Below, in pieces: positions 8,707 through 18,782 of a DNA stretch of 56,574 bases. The stretch covers positions 1-56,574 of the forward strand of contig SVSK01000006.1 of assembly GCA_015064345.1 (NCBI GenBank), read 5' to 3'. Within the stretch, counting starts at the first letter, position 1; each line of letters starts with the position of its first letter. The translations under genes and the position numbers were made by a program. This stretch comes from Oscillospiraceae bacterium. GTDB lineage: Bacteria; Bacillota; Clostridia; Oscillospirales; CAG-272. The notes below the pieces were generated by a model that did not search any database, was not told the origin of the DNA, and saw only the letters and a program-made list of their open reading frames with translations.

Positions 8707-9600
8707 ATGTTTGACATTTTGGTTGGCACATTACTCCCCTCACACGCGGCAATACCTGTTATTAAACAGCTCAATCCCAAAGGATTTGAATGTTACGAAA
8801 TCTATTTCGATGATGAAGAAAATATTGCGAACATTGCTGAATATTCAAAAGAGGTTATGGATGCAGTTGAAGGTCGCAAGATCTCTGCCATTGCAGTTTA
8901 CGGCAACACAATGAACGACAAAGCCGTGTACAATAGAGTAGAAACGCTGATCAAAAACGCGCATCTCTTCGGCTGCAATACAGTATGTCTGTCCGCAGGT
9001 GCTGACCCCACAAAAAACGTTCCCGACAATATTCCGCTGTTCAAGAAGACCTTTGAACCTCTCGCAAAGCTTGCAGAAGAGCATGGAGTAAAGATCGGTT
9101 TTGAAAACTGCGGCTATGGTTGGCACGGCAACTCCGACAACATTGCCTTTTGCCCGTCCGCATGGGAGCTTATGTTTGATGCGGTTCCCAGCGATGCCCT
9201 CGGACTTGAGTGGGAACCTGCCCATCAGCTTTGTGCTCTTGTGGATCCTATCCCGCAGCTTCGCAAATGGGCGAAAAAAGTGGTGCACGTCCACGGTAAG
9301 GATGCTACCGTTGCATGGGATGTGGTTCGCGAGTACGGCACTCACGGAATCGTTCCCTATGCATGGCACAGAACACCCGGATTCGGCGACAGCAACTGGT
9401 CTGACATTTTCACGATCCTGCTTCAAGCCGGATTCAAGGGATCGGTTGACATCGAGGGTTACCACGACCCTGTACACTATGATGACATGGAGTGGACTGC
9501 ACAAATCACCTCCCTCGAATATCTCAAGCGAGCTCGCGGCGGCGTAGAATTCTTTGAAGGTCCCGTAGAGTATCGCGGCTATCAGGGAAAACGGAAATAA
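8707..9600 (+). CDS. Sugar phosphate isomerase/epimerase (xylose-isomerase-like TIM barrel)
   Basis: IGFENC, LEWEPAH, HVHGKD, PGFG, DIEG metal-ligand pattern; GGAG RBS before ATG 8707. Confidence 0.88.
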   Translation: MFDILVGTLLPSHAAIPVIKQLNPKGFECYEIYFDDEENIANIAEYSKEVMDAVEGRKISAIAVYGNTMNDKAVYNRVETLIKNAHLFGCNTVCLSAGADPTKNVPDNIPLFKKTFEPLAKLAEEHGVKIGFENCGYGWHGNSDNIAFCPSAWELMFDAVPSDALGLEWEPAHQLCALVDPIPQLRKWAKKVVHVHGKDATVAWDVVREYGTHGIVPYAWHRTPGFGDSNWSDIFTILLQAGFKGSVDIEGYHDPVHYDDMEWTAQITSLEYLKRARGGVEFFEGPVEYRGYQGKRK

Positions 9601-9614
9601 TATTCGGTAAACAT

Positions 9615-9645
9615 AAAAAGCCCTACTGAAAAGTAAGGCTTTTTT
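9615..9645. repeat. Repeat family B hairpin / bidirectional terminator, copy 1
   Basis: AAAAAGCCCTAC-TGAAAA-GTAAGGCTTTTTT between convergent genes. Confidence 0.8.
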
Positions 9646-9673
9646 CTTTTGTGTTCGGGGTGTACAATGTGTA

Positions 9674-10051
9674 TTATTTTTCTTGAGCAGTACTCTCATT
9701 AAGGCGTCTCTCTTTCTCCTCTGTGTGTACCTCCCAGTGGATGATGAACGCCAGAAGCGCACGGATGATTATTACGACGCCGAGGATCGCCAGCTCTTCA
9801 AGATTGTGAATGATTACCGTCTTGATGATCTCAGCACCCATTTTGAATTCAAGTGCCAAGGACAGCGCCTTTCCCAGGTCGATCACCACATGGAAGGGCA
9901 ACTTTTTTACCAGGCATTTGAAAAGGCGGATCAGCGCGCGGCACGAACCGATGATGATTATAAGAATACCGATAAGCTCAAGTGAGCTTGCCGCAATCTC
10001 TGCCAGCGCGTACAAAATATCCTTGTAGTGGACAATAATGTTTTCAAGCAT
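9674..10051 (-). CDS. DUF1622-type small membrane protein
   Basis: LGKALSLALEFKMGAEIIKT..LAILG..IIIRALLAF..HWE pattern. Confidence 0.85.
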   Translation of the reverse strand: MLENIIVHYKDILYALAEIAASSLELIGILIIIIGSCRALIRLFKCLVKKLPFHVVIDLGKALSLALEFKMGAEIIKTVIIHNLEELAILGVVIIIRALLAFIIHWEVHTEEKERRLNESTAQEK

Positions 10052-10063
10052 AACTGTTATCCT

Positions 10064-11122
10064 TTATTTTTTCACGTATTCGCTCCAACCGGATGACTCT
10101 GTTTTTACGCTATCCTCAGTCATCCACATGGCCTCAATCTCGGGTATGGACTCAACGAGGGCAAGTCCGTCTTCAAGTGACATACAGAACAGCGCAGTTG
10201 ATATGGCATCACCAAAGCCGGAATTCTTGCAGATCACCGACACAGACACAAATCCCTCAGCCGGCATCAGTGTTTCGGGGTGAATAATATGGTGGTACGC
10301 CTTACCGTCAACGTAGTAGTATCTTTGATATGAGCCGCTTGTCACTACCGACATATCCTTTACTTCAACCGTGGCAAGGTAGTCTTCTCCCTGAGGGTTC
10401 TCTATCCCTACCGCCCAGCTTGATCCGTCAGGCTTTGCCCCAATGGCGCGAATATTTCCGCCAACGTTCAAAACGTATCCGCTTACTCCTCGTGCCTCGA
10501 GATACTGTGCCACCATCTCCGTGGCGTACCCTTTCGCAATGGCGCCAACATCCAGCTTCATATCGGGATCTGTGAGAGTCACGGTGCAATTTTCCTCGTC
10601 AATGATCATCATTGAGATATCGGTATGCTCCGATGCTGTGATCAGCTTGTCCATGGGCGGGAGCGACGCATTCGCAGGGTTATCCATGCCAACGGAGCGG
10701 TAATCGTGCCACAGCGAAAGGACGCTTCCCATGGCGATATTGACCGTTCCGCCTGTGAGGGTGTACATCTCCTTCGCATACAGAAGCATATCGATAATGC
10801 GTCGGTCAACAGTTACCGTGTGATGCGCTCCATCAACCAATTCATTAACATTACATAGGTTTTCGATCCCGTCGAATCGGTGGTAAATGGTATATAGCTG
10901 ATGGTATTCCCTCAGCTGAGACAAGATCTCGTTCGCCACCGCATCAAATTCTTCCTGAGTGTTTTCGTAACCTACAATGGTTGTCACCGTATCGAAATAA
11001 TCCATGGAATAGGTGGAATATTTATTCCTCTGCTTCTGAGGTGTGCATGAGGAAAGGACAACACCAAAGAGTAGGCAGAGAACAATGGCAACGCTGTATA
11101 TTTTTTGTTTCATAATCATCAT
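10064..11122 (-). CDS. apbE: FAD:protein FMN transferase (ApbE family lipoprotein)
   Basis: Lipobox LSSC; LDVGAIAKGYA, NVGGN, VTSGSYQRY, YHHIIHPET, DAISTA. Exact start among the clustered Mets is uncertain. Confidence 0.95.
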   Translation of the reverse strand: MMIMKQKIYSVAIVLCLLFGVVLSSCTPQKQRNKYSTYSMDYFDTVTTIVGYENTQEEFDAVANEILSQLREYHQLYTIYHRFDGIENLCNVNELVDGAHHTVTVDRRIIDMLLYAKEMYTLTGGTVNIAMGSVLSLWHDYRSVGMDNPANASLPPMDKLITASEHTDISMMIIDEENCTVTLTDPDMKLDVGAIAKGYATEMVAQYLEARGVSGYVLNVGGNIRAIGAKPDGSSWAVGIENPQGEDYLATVEVKDMSVVTSGSYQRYYYVDGKAYHHIIHPETLMPAEGFVSVSVICKNSGFGDAISTALFCMSLEDGLALVESIPEIEAMWMTEDSVKTESSGWSEYVKK

Positions 11123-11176
11123 TTACGCAAAAAAGGAGAACAATATCCCCTTCTCTGCTTTTATATTCGTTTTTTC

Positions 11177-12154
11177 TTAGTGCTTTGTAGCTGCCTTAAC
11201 GAAGCCTGTTACTGTGATCGTGCAACCTGCAGCCTGGAGATCAGCGTTACCCTTGCCATCTTCCTGTGCGAGACCTGCGATCTCAGCAGTTGTCTTACCT
11301 ACACATGCTGCGTCAAATGCGTCAGCCTGCTCGAACCATTCCTTTGCAGATCCGCCGTATGCAACCATACCGTAGTCCGCGCCCTGCTCTCTCTTGGAAA
11401 GAACTGCCTTTGTTGTGTCGATAGTAGCCGCACCGTTTGCGTCAAATGTGAAGCTAACCTCTACGCAGTCGCTGGATGCAGCCGCGATCTTGCCGTCCGC
11501 ACCAACTGCTGCAGCAAATACGTTAACTGTAACCTTGTTTGTGCCGTCCTTGTCTTCGTTTGCATCTGTGCATGTCTGCTCTGTTGCAACGTTAACCTTG
11601 AGAGTAGCCTTTGCTTCAACTTCAACTGTAGCAGCGTTGTATGCCTTCTCGATAGCACCAACGAATTCAGCGATCATGATTGTACAGCCTGCGCTGATAA
11701 CTTCATCATTTCCCTTGTCGCCTTCAGCCACGAGAGCCTTAACTTCAGCGAGAGTCTTGCCGACAACAACTGCTTCAAATGCGTCAGCCTGCTCGAACCA
11801 TTCCTTTGCAGCACCGCCATATGCAACCATATTGTAGTTTGCACCGATCTCATACTTGGTCTGGAATTCGCCGGCAGCAACAGCCTTACCGTCAGCAGTG
11901 TAGCTTACGGAGTTGCTTGCTGTGTCAAGAGCACATGCGACGATCTTGCCGTCCTGGTCAACAGTAACAGCCGCAACGGTAACGTCAACCTTACCTGTGC
12001 CGTCCTTGTCTTCTGTAGCGTCTGTAGCGGAAGGTGCGCTTACATACACACCTGCGCCGAACTTTACCTTTGCGTCGTCAGCCTTAGCGCATCCTACAAA
12101 TACTGCGGGAATCACCATAAGCAGACAAAGAGCAATAGCTAAAAACTTTCTCAT
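11177..12154 (-). CDS. Lipoprotein with two tandem FMN-binding-like (PplA-like) domains
   Basis: AAGGAG RBS before ATG 12154; lipobox FVGC; duplicated YxMVAYGGxAKEWFEQADAF..VGKT..AGCTI; 37-bp identical segments at 11313-11349 and 11775-11811; adjacent to apbE. Confidence 0.75.
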   Translation of the reverse strand: MRKFLAIALCLLMVIPAVFVGCAKADDAKVKFGAGVYVSAPSATDATEDKDGTGKVDVTVAAVTVDQDGKIVACALDTASNSVSYTADGKAVAAGEFQTKYEIGANYNMVAYGGAAKEWFEQADAFEAVVVGKTLAEVKALVAEGDKGNDEVISAGCTIMIAEFVGAIEKAYNAATVEVEAKATLKVNVATEQTCTDANEDKDGTNKVTVNVFAAAVGADGKIAAASSDCVEVSFTFDANGAATIDTTKAVLSKREQGADYGMVAYGGSAKEWFEQADAFDAACVGKTTAEIAGLAQEDGKGNADLQAAGCTITVTGFVKAATKH

Positions 12155-12209
12155 GAAAAGTCTCCTTAAAATATAATAAATAATATATTGTTTTGTTTTT
12201 GCTGGAAAT

Positions 12210-12238
12210 ATTCTATCATAATAACGCTGACTTGTCAA
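12210..12238 (-). promoter_or_regulatory. Internal sigmaA promoter for lipoprotein-apbE genes
   Basis: TTGACA-17 nt-TAGAAT with TG extended -10. Confidence 0.6.
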
Positions 12239-12269
12239 CAACTCAACCTATAAAAACAGTAGGATTTTT

Positions 12270-12776
12270 TCAGGAAATTAGTTTATTCGGTAAATTATTT
12301 ATAAGTATCGCGCCGCAAAGCCCAACAAGTATGCCTGCGACAGTTCCCGTTACCGTAAGGACAACCAGATAATATCCCAACTCCACCGTATCAAGCAGCA
12401 GCATTGCCATAAGAATCTGACCGACGTTGTGTGTGACTCCGCCTGCCACGCTGACTCCCACAGGAGACAAAAACCGCAGCTTTTTCAGAATTATCATCAC
12501 TGCAATACTGAGTGCTCCGCCTGCCAGGCTGTAGAAAAGCGCCATCACGTTGCCGAAGAGCAAGCTTACGAGGAGAATACGGATAAGCGAAACTCCTATG
12601 GCGGAAGCGGCTCCCCGTCGGTACAAGAGGAACACAATGATGATGTTGGGAAGCCCCATTTTAATGCCGGGGAGGGTGGGAAAGAGGGGCTGGATCAGTA
12701 TCTCCACATAAGCCAGAATCAACGCCAGCGCTGTGCACAAACCGATGAAAGCCACTGTCTTGGATCTGTTCTTCAT
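12270..12776 (-). CDS. Gx transporter family membrane protein (also annotated heptaprenyl diphosphate synthase component I)
   Basis: ALILAYVE..PGIKMGLPNI..SLAGG..GVSVAGGVTHNVGQ; GGAGG RBS before ATG 12776. Confidence 0.88.
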   Translation of the reverse strand: MKNRSKTVAFIGLCTALALILAYVEILIQPLFPTLPGIKMGLPNIIIVFLLYRRGAASAIGVSLIRILLVSLLFGNVMALFYSLAGGALSIAVMIILKKLRFLSPVGVSVAGGVTHNVGQILMAMLLLDTVELGYYLVVLTVTGTVAGILVGLCGAILINNLPNKLIS

Positions 12777-12786
12777 CGCACGCCTC

Positions 12787-13182
12787 CTATGCCACAATAT
12801 CGGGAGAGTCTGTATCACCATCGATGATAACGGTAGCCACTACCTTGTTCGGCAGGCATACAATGCTCTCTCCGTCGCGAAAGATGGGGTGATGTGCCAC
12901 ACAGATCCCGTCGGAGCAGGATGCGCTTTCCATGTACGCCCTGCCGTCCTTAATGATAAGTCTGTTGTGACCGTCCTCACCGCTGTGGATATCCTCTACC
13001 CTGTCCTCTGACAGTGAATAGGTGCCGTAAAGCTTTCCGTCAACAGTAACCTTTACAACGTTTCCGCTGTCACGAAATACAAATAAGTATAGTATTCCTG
13101 CCCCTGCCACGAGTAATAGCAGTACAATCAGCAGTATGTCATTGCGTCGATGAGCTCGGGCGGTGTTTTTCTGTTCTGTCAT
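12787..13182 (-). CDS. NusG domain II-containing membrane-anchored protein
   Basis: N-terminal TM; N.LIIKDG.AYMESASCSDGICV..I...GESIVCLPNKV. Confidence 0.9.
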   Translation of the reverse strand: MTEQKNTARAHRRNDILLIVLLLLVAGAGILYLFVFRDSGNVVKVTVDGKLYGTYSLSEDRVEDIHSGEDGHNRLIIKDGRAYMESASCSDGICVAHHPIFRDGESIVCLPNKVVATVIIDGDTDSPDIVA

Positions 13183-13184
13183 AG

Positions 13185-14018
13185 TTAATCAATAAGCGAC
13201 TGAACATCGCATCCCTCGGGAATATCGGGAAAAAATACCTTTCTGAGACAGCCTGTGGGGCAGACGTCTACACAATTTCCGCAGTGCGTACACTTAGTAT
13301 AGTCAATTACAGCCAAATTATCCACAACGGTAATAGCACCGGCGGGACAGGCTTTTTCGCACTTTTTGCAGCCGATACAAGCATTTTTACAAGCTTTACG
13401 GGCGTCAGCACCTTTCTGCTTGTTGCCGCACATAACCGCAACCGCTGATTCCTGAGGCACCATAACGATAACCTTCTTCGGGCAAGTCTGTTTACATAAT
13501 CCACAGCCTATACAGCGGGATGTGTCTACGTGCGCAATACCGTCTGCCAGACAAATGGCATTTGAAGGGCACGCCATAGCGCAGTCTCCCAGTCCCAGAC
13601 AGCCGAATCGGCATGAGCCCGGTCCGCCGTACAGCATTGAAGCCGCTTTACAGGTGGAAACGCCGTCGTATCTTGCCGCAGGTGACGTTGCCTCACAGTT
13701 TCCGTTGCAAGCCACAAACGCAACCACGTCCTCGACAATAACCTTTTCAATGCCGAGAATTCCGCTGATCGCATCTGCAGCAGTTTGTGCGCCGGGAATG
13801 CACAAATTGGGCTTAGCCGTGCCATCAACCAACGCAGTGGCGTAGTCGTCGCAGCCTTTGTATCCGCACGCCCCGCAATTAATACCGGGTAAGCATTCTC
13901 TTACCGATATCTCAAGCGGATTCTTCTCCACCGCAAAAAGCTTGGAGAATACAAGCAACAAAAGCCCGGCGGCAAGTGCAATTCCAAGCATCACCAGAAA
14001 TGCTATTAATATTTCCAT
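13185..14018 (-). CDS. rnfB: Rnf complex subunit B (polyferredoxin)
   Basis: N-terminal [16 protein letters not shown], multiple CxxCxxCxxxCP motifs. Confidence 0.96.
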   Translation of the reverse strand: MEILIAFLVMLGIALAAGLLLLVFSKLFAVEKNPLEISVRECLPGINCGACGYKGCDDYATALVDGTAKPNLCIPGAQTAADAISGILGIEKVIVEDVVAFVACNGNCEATSPAARYDGVSTCKAASMLYGGPGSCRFGCLGLGDCAMACPSNAICLADGIAHVDTSRCIGCGLCKQTCPKKVIVMVPQESAVAVMCGNKQKGADARKACKNACIGCKKCEKACPAGAITVVDNLAVIDYTKCTHCGNCVDVCPTGCLRKVFFPDIPEGCDVQSLID

Positions 14019-14033
14019 AACATGGACCTCGAA

Positions 14034-14633
14034 TCAACCAAAAATATTTTCTACAATACCGCTAAATCCCATGAACACCAGGGAGATAAAAGAAGCGGCG
14101 ATAAGTGTAACTGCCAGTCCTCTGAAGGGCGTGGGAATGTTGCTCTCGTTGATGCGTGAACGCAGACCGGAGAACAGTACCATGGCAAGAAGGAATCCCA
14201 GACCGCATCCGAGAGAGCTTACCATAGACTCTGCAAATGAATATCCGTCAATGATATTGTTGATGGTAACGCCAAGCACCGCACAGTTTGTTGTGATGAG
14301 AGGCAGATACACACCAAGACCCTTGTACAGAGCGGGAGAAAGCTTTCTCAGCAGCATTTCAAGGATCTGCACCAGAGTTGCGATAACAAGGATGAATACT
14401 ATGTTCTGCAGGTATCCCATGTTCAGTGCGTTAAGCACAAAGTACTGAATGGGCCATGTCACTGCTGTGGCAATAAGCATAACTACCGTTACAGCAATAC
14501 CCATGCCGGATGCCTGATCGAACTTTTTGGATACGCCGAGAAACGGGCATATACCAAGGAAGCGCGAAAGCACGTAGTTATCCACAAAAACTGCGGAGAA
14601 AAGGATTATAAGAAGGATCTTCATCTGTTCCAT
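14034..14633 (-). CDS. rnfA: Rnf complex subunit A
   Basis: NYVLSRFLGICPFLGVS, LPLITTNCAVLG; start overlaps the rnfE stop (TAATG). Confidence 0.96.
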   Translation of the reverse strand: MEQMKILLIILFSAVFVDNYVLSRFLGICPFLGVSKKFDQASGMGIAVTVVMLIATAVTWPIQYFVLNALNMGYLQNIVFILVIATLVQILEMLLRKLSPALYKGLGVYLPLITTNCAVLGVTINNIIDGYSFAESMVSSLGCGLGFLLAMVLFSGLRSRINESNIPTPFRGLAVTLIAASFISLVFMGFSGIVENIFG

Positions 14634-15322
14634 TATGCCTGTGCCTCCTTCTTTGAGCAAGTTTCAATTTTGCATGTATCTCTGTGGTCACATCCTGCAC
14701 ATGAGAAGGACACTTTGTGAGGAGCCTTTCCCTTTGTGACAGCATATACCAGCGCGATGAGCAAGCCGTAAACAAGGAGACCGCCCGGTGCTTTTGACAA
14801 GAACTCGATCTTGTATGCTTCCATAAAGGGGATGGAAATACCCGCAAAGGATGCAGCACCGAACACTTCACGAACCGTAGCCATGGCAAAAAGCGCCAAG
14901 GTAAATCCGGTACCCATGCCGATTCCGTCAAGAGCGGATGCTGCCACGGAATTTTTACCCGCGAACATTTCAGCACGGCCGAGAATGATGCAGTTTACGG
15001 TTATCAGATCCAGATACACGCCAAGCGAGGAATAAAGATCCGGGAGGAATGCCTGAATCAGCATCTTTACGATGGTAACGAATCCTGCAATAATTACGAT
15101 GTAGCAGGGGATGCGCATTGTTTCGGGGATTATCTTACGAAGAAGCGAGATGAAAACGTTGGAGCAAAGGAGAACCACCAGTGCCGCAAGACCCATACCG
15201 AGAGCATCGGTTACTTTGGTTGTGGTTGCAAGTGTGGGACAGGTGCCGAGAATGAGTACCAGAACAGGATTTTCTTTAAGAATTCCGTTTGTGAGCACGG
15301 ATAGAGATTTGTTTTTGCTCAT
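14633..15322 (-). CDS. rnfE: Rnf complex subunit E
   Basis: ENPVLVLILGTCPTLA, LITVNCIILGRAE, APGG. Confidence 0.96.
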   Translation of the reverse strand: MSKNKSLSVLTNGILKENPVLVLILGTCPTLATTTKVTDALGMGLAALVVLLCSNVFISLLRKIIPETMRIPCYIVIIAGFVTIVKMLIQAFLPDLYSSLGVYLDLITVNCIILGRAEMFAGKNSVAASALDGIGMGTGFTLALFAMATVREVFGAASFAGISIPFMEAYKIEFLSKAPGGLLVYGLLIALVYAVTKGKAPHKVSFSCAGCDHRDTCKIETCSKKEAQA

Positions 15323-16500
15323 TACTGTTCACCTCCGTTCAAAATATTGAAAGCCGCAAATGCACGCTCGATTGCCTGAATATATCCCTTGGTAGTCATG
15401 GTAGCTTTGCTGATCGCGTCGATTTCGGTATAGTTTTCTTCAGTCTTGCCGTCGAACTGACCGTAGAAGCTTTCGCTTGCACAAGCGTCACCAAGTCCGT
15501 CTGTTTCCGCCTCATAAACCGTGAGACAGTCGATGATCTTGCCGTCTGGATTAATGGAAACTCGAACGATGATATATTCGCCTGATGCAGGGTGATATTC
15601 ATCTCCGCCCTTGATTCCGTAGCCTGCGCCCTTTGTCTCGATTACAAAGTTGCCTGTAGAGGTCTTCTTTGCGGAGACTACCGTCTTCTGCAGATCGGGG
15701 TAAGCGGAAAGGTCGATCTCTTCGAGTGTAGTGGACTGAATAAGCGCCACAGCTGCTGTAATAGCTTCTGCATTTTCCACGCCATCAGCAAGAATTGTGC
15801 CGTCAGCGTCCACGCCGATAAATGTGTCACCTATAACGAATACGTAGCCCGCGCCGTTTGTTGCAACGTAGATAGAATCTGAAACGTCAATATCTTCAAC
15901 GAGGAACAGCTTCTCGAACGTTCCCTCGCCTGTGGGAAGAGCCGCTGTAAGGTTGTCCTGAAGTATCTGTTCTTCGGTACGAATGTCAACGTCTCCACCG
16001 CCGAGGATGATTGCAGTATTAAGAGCATCTTTTACTGCATTTTTGTAAGCTTCAGTGGTCTTTGTTGCGCCGGAGATAATGTCAGTAGCATCAACTGCAG
16101 CCGAATCCTTGCCGGCAAAGCTTTCACCGTACGTCTTTTCTTTGCCGAGCGTTTCATTTGAGGAAATGCACTTTGCGCCTGTTACAACGCCATCCGCGCC
16201 GACTCCGCACATGATTACCATATCGGAGCCGTAGCCTGATGTTACAAGCTTAACAACGTATCCGCCGCCGGAGGTTTCTTTCCAGACCTCGGTAACCGTA
16301 GCGGGCAACGTATATGAGCTCTTGTCAACTGTTTCAAATCCGCTTCCGTTTGGCATCACCTCAAGGAGAGCCGCGTTAGCTGATGCATTCTGATTTTTCT
16401 CGATAATAGGAGCTGTAATTGAATTTGTTACCGCGAGAAGCAAAGTGATCACTGTGCAGATACAAACGAATACCGAAAGATTCTTTATGTTCTTTTTCAT
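15322..16500 (-). CDS. rnfG: Rnf complex subunit G, extended with two FMN-binding domains
   Basis: Lies between rnfD and rnfE; N-terminal TM; two units with GYG..ET.GLG-like motifs ending DIISGATKT and DAISKATMT. Confidence 0.9.
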   Translation of the reverse strand: MKKNIKNLSVFVCICTVITLLLAVTNSITAPIIEKNQNASANAALLEVMPNGSGFETVDKSSYTLPATVTEVWKETSGGGYVVKLVTSGYGSDMVIMCGVGADGVVTGAKCISSNETLGKEKTYGESFAGKDSAAVDATDIISGATKTTEAYKNAVKDALNTAIILGGGDVDIRTEEQILQDNLTAALPTGEGTFEKLFLVEDIDVSDSIYVATNGAGYVFVIGDTFIGVDADGTILADGVENAEAITAAVALIQSTTLEEIDLSAYPDLQKTVVSAKKTSTGNFVIETKGAGYGIKGGDEYHPASGEYIIVRVSINPDGKIIDCLTVYEAETDGLGDACASESFYGQFDGKTEENYTEIDAISKATMTTKGYIQAIERAFAAFNILNGGEQ

Positions 16501-17417
16501 TTTTCCGCTCCTCCTTCACCGAACACTTTACGTCTTGTTAAGCGGTCAATATAAGGTGTGAGTATGTTCATAAACAGGATCGCAAAGGATACGCCTTCCG
16601 AATATGTACCGTAGGTTCTGATAAGCCATGTAAGGAGACCTGCACCTACAGCAAAGATCACTTTACCCCACGGAGTGGACGGAGATGTTACGTAATCGGT
16701 AGCCATGAAGATCGCGCCGATGAACAGTCCGCCTGCCATAATGAGAGCGAGAGAAGCGGATGCGTCGAATCCTGTTGTAAGCAGGGAGAGCACAAACACT
16801 GTTCCGATAAGCAGGACGGGAATATGCCATGTGATCACTCGGCGAGCAAGCAGGTAAACACCACCTATAATAAGAGCGAGAGTACAAGTCTCACCGATAC
16901 ATCCGCTGTGAGTTCCGAGGAACATATCCATGAGAGAGGGCATCTCGTGTGTTGCAAGAGGAGTTGCAGATGCCTCAACGTCAACAGGATGTACAGCAGT
17001 TGCCATGGAAGTGAAGGCCACAAGCATGAACACGCGAGCTGTGATAGCAGGGTTGACCACGTTGTTACCAAGACCGCCAAAGAGGCATTTCACAATAATG
17101 ATAGCAAAAAGCGAGCCTACAGCGCACTGCCATAGGGGAATGTTTGCGGGAAGATTAAGCGCCAGAAGCAGACCGGTTACAGCAGCGGAAAGATCTCCTA
17201 TAGTCTGCTCTCTTTTTACGATAACATTGAAGAGCGCTTCAAAACCTACACAGCAAACCACGCACATTACGATCGGAAGTAATGCCTGAAGTCCGAAAAT
17301 GACAATGCCCGCAACAGTTACGGGAAGCAGAGCAATGAGCACATCCCGCATGATTCCCGCTGTAGATCTGCCGCTGTGAATATGAGGAGAAACCGTTACT
17401 TTAGTTAAAGAACTCAT
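16497..17417 (-). CDS. rnfD: Rnf complex subunit D
   Basis: SPH, LFGGLGNNVVNPA, ASATPL flavinylation site, GCIGET, FMATDYVTSP. Confidence 0.96.
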   Translation of the reverse strand: MSSLTKVTVSPHIHSGRSTAGIMRDVLIALLPVTVAGIVIFGLQALLPIVMCVVCCVGFEALFNVIVKREQTIGDLSAAVTGLLLALNLPANIPLWQCAVGSLFAIIIVKCLFGGLGNNVVNPAITARVFMLVAFTSMATAVHPVDVEASATPLATHEMPSLMDMFLGTHSGCIGETCTLALIIGGVYLLARRVITWHIPVLLIGTVFVLSLLTTGFDASASLALIMAGGLFIGAIFMATDYVTSPSTPWGKVIFAVGAGLLTWLIRTYGTYSEGVSFAILFMNILTPYIDRLTRRKVFGEGGAEK

Positions 17418-18733
17418 TATTTATTTTCCTCCTTCTGCTGTTCTTCTTTCAATAGTTGCTTGGATAGTTTATTGATCTGTACAAGAGGACGGTTCGCAGG
17501 GCAAACAAAGCTGCAGCAGCCGCATTCCATGCAGGTTACAACCGAGAGAGCCTTTAATTCTTCAGCGTCCTTCTTTTCATATGCCGTAGCAATATCTACG
17601 GGAGCCAAACTGAACGGGCAGGTGTTGACGCAAGAGCCGCATCTGATACAGGCGGTAGTTTTGGGCAGCTTTGCTTCTTTCTTTGTAAGAGCGAGAACCG
17701 CATTGGTGTTTTTCAGTACAGAGCAGTCGGTATTCACAACCGTCACACCCATTATGGGGCCGCCGTATATGATCTTTTCGGGATCTTCTGTAAGTCCGCC
17801 GCAGAAGTCAAGCAGATCCTTCAGGGACGTTCCCACGGGGACCATAACATTTTGTGCTTTCTTTACCGTACCGCCGTCAACTGTCACGCACTTTTCAGTG
17901 AGAGGCATACCTGTTCTGAGATATGCTCCGATAGTTGCCAGAGTTGTGCAATTAAGTACAATGCAGCCAACGTCAATGGGAAGCTTACCTGCGCTGATCT
18001 TGCGACCGGTGGTGTGGTATACAAGCACCTTTTCGCCTCCCTGGGGATATACGGTAGGGAGAGATTTCACCGTTACAGAGCATTCAGTAACAGACTTTGC
18101 CATTTCCGTCATATTAGCGATAGCTTCTTTTTTGTTGTTTTCAATGCCGATAATTACATTGGCAATACCCATAACGCGGTTAAGCTCGCGGATCGCATAA
18201 GCCATATCATCACCGCGAGTCAGCATAGTCACAGTGTCGCTTGTGATGTAGGGCTCACATTCAGCACCGTTTATTATGAGATATTCAATCTTTTCAGGTT
18301 CTACGTCAAGCTTAACGTGAGTGGGGAATCCCGCGCCGCCAAGTCCCACAATACCGCTTTCCCTGATCGCCCGGATAAGCTCATCCTTGCTGTTAACAAC
18401 AGGAGCGCATACGTCTTCGCTCACCGCCATCTCTCCGTCGGATTCGATAACCACTGCTGTGGTAACAGAGCCGCTTGCGAGGAGATAGTCGACCAGCTTT
18501 GTCACTTTGCCCGATACGCTTGCATGGATATTGGCTGATATTCCGCCGTCCGCTTCACCTATCTTCGTGCCCACCTTAACAAGGTCTCCAACCTTAACGG
18601 TAGGGATAGCCGGCTTACCGATGTGCATAGCCATGGGGATGGTTACTGTCGCAGGAGCTGACATACGAGCCACAGGTTTTTTCGCTGTGTTTTTTCTGTG
18701 CGGGGGATGAATTCCGTGAAGATATAACGCCAT
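17417..18733 (-). CDS. rnfC: Rnf complex subunit C
   Basis: GIVGLGGAGFPT, INGAECEPYITSD, YPQGGE, CIRCGSCVNTCP, CMECGCCSFVCP; AAAGG RBS before ATG 18733. Confidence 0.97.
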   Translation of the reverse strand: MALYLHGIHPPHRKNTAKKPVARMSAPATVTIPMAMHIGKPAIPTVKVGDLVKVGTKIGEADGGISANIHASVSGKVTKLVDYLLASGSVTTAVVIESDGEMAVSEDVCAPVVNSKDELIRAIRESGIVGLGGAGFPTHVKLDVEPEKIEYLIINGAECEPYITSDTVTMLTRGDDMAYAIRELNRVMGIANVIIGIENNKKEAIANMTEMAKSVTECSVTVKSLPTVYPQGGEKVLVYHTTGRKISAGKLPIDVGCIVLNCTTLATIGAYLRTGMPLTEKCVTVDGGTVKKAQNVMVPVGTSLKDLLDFCGGLTEDPEKIIYGGPIMGVTVVNTDCSVLKNTNAVLALTKKEAKLPKTTACIRCGSCVNTCPFSLAPVDIATAYEKKDAEELKALSVVTCMECGCCSFVCPANRPLVQINKLSKQLLKEEQQKEENK

Positions 18734-18762
18734 ATTCTCTATACCTTTCGTAGATTGTTGTT

Positions 18763-18780
18763 TTGTCAATAATTCTACAA
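18763..18780. promoter_or_regulatory. Possible Rex-like operator just downstream of the rnf -10 box
   Basis: TTGTCAATAATTCTACAA, an 18-bp imperfect palindrome with TTGT..ACAA ends resembling TTGTNAA-N4-TTNACAA. Confidence 0.35.
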
Positions 18781-18782
18781 TA

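Noticed and set aside
12787-13182. NusG antitermination factor
   Set aside because: Only the stand-alone domain II with an N-terminal TM; no NGN or KOW domain.
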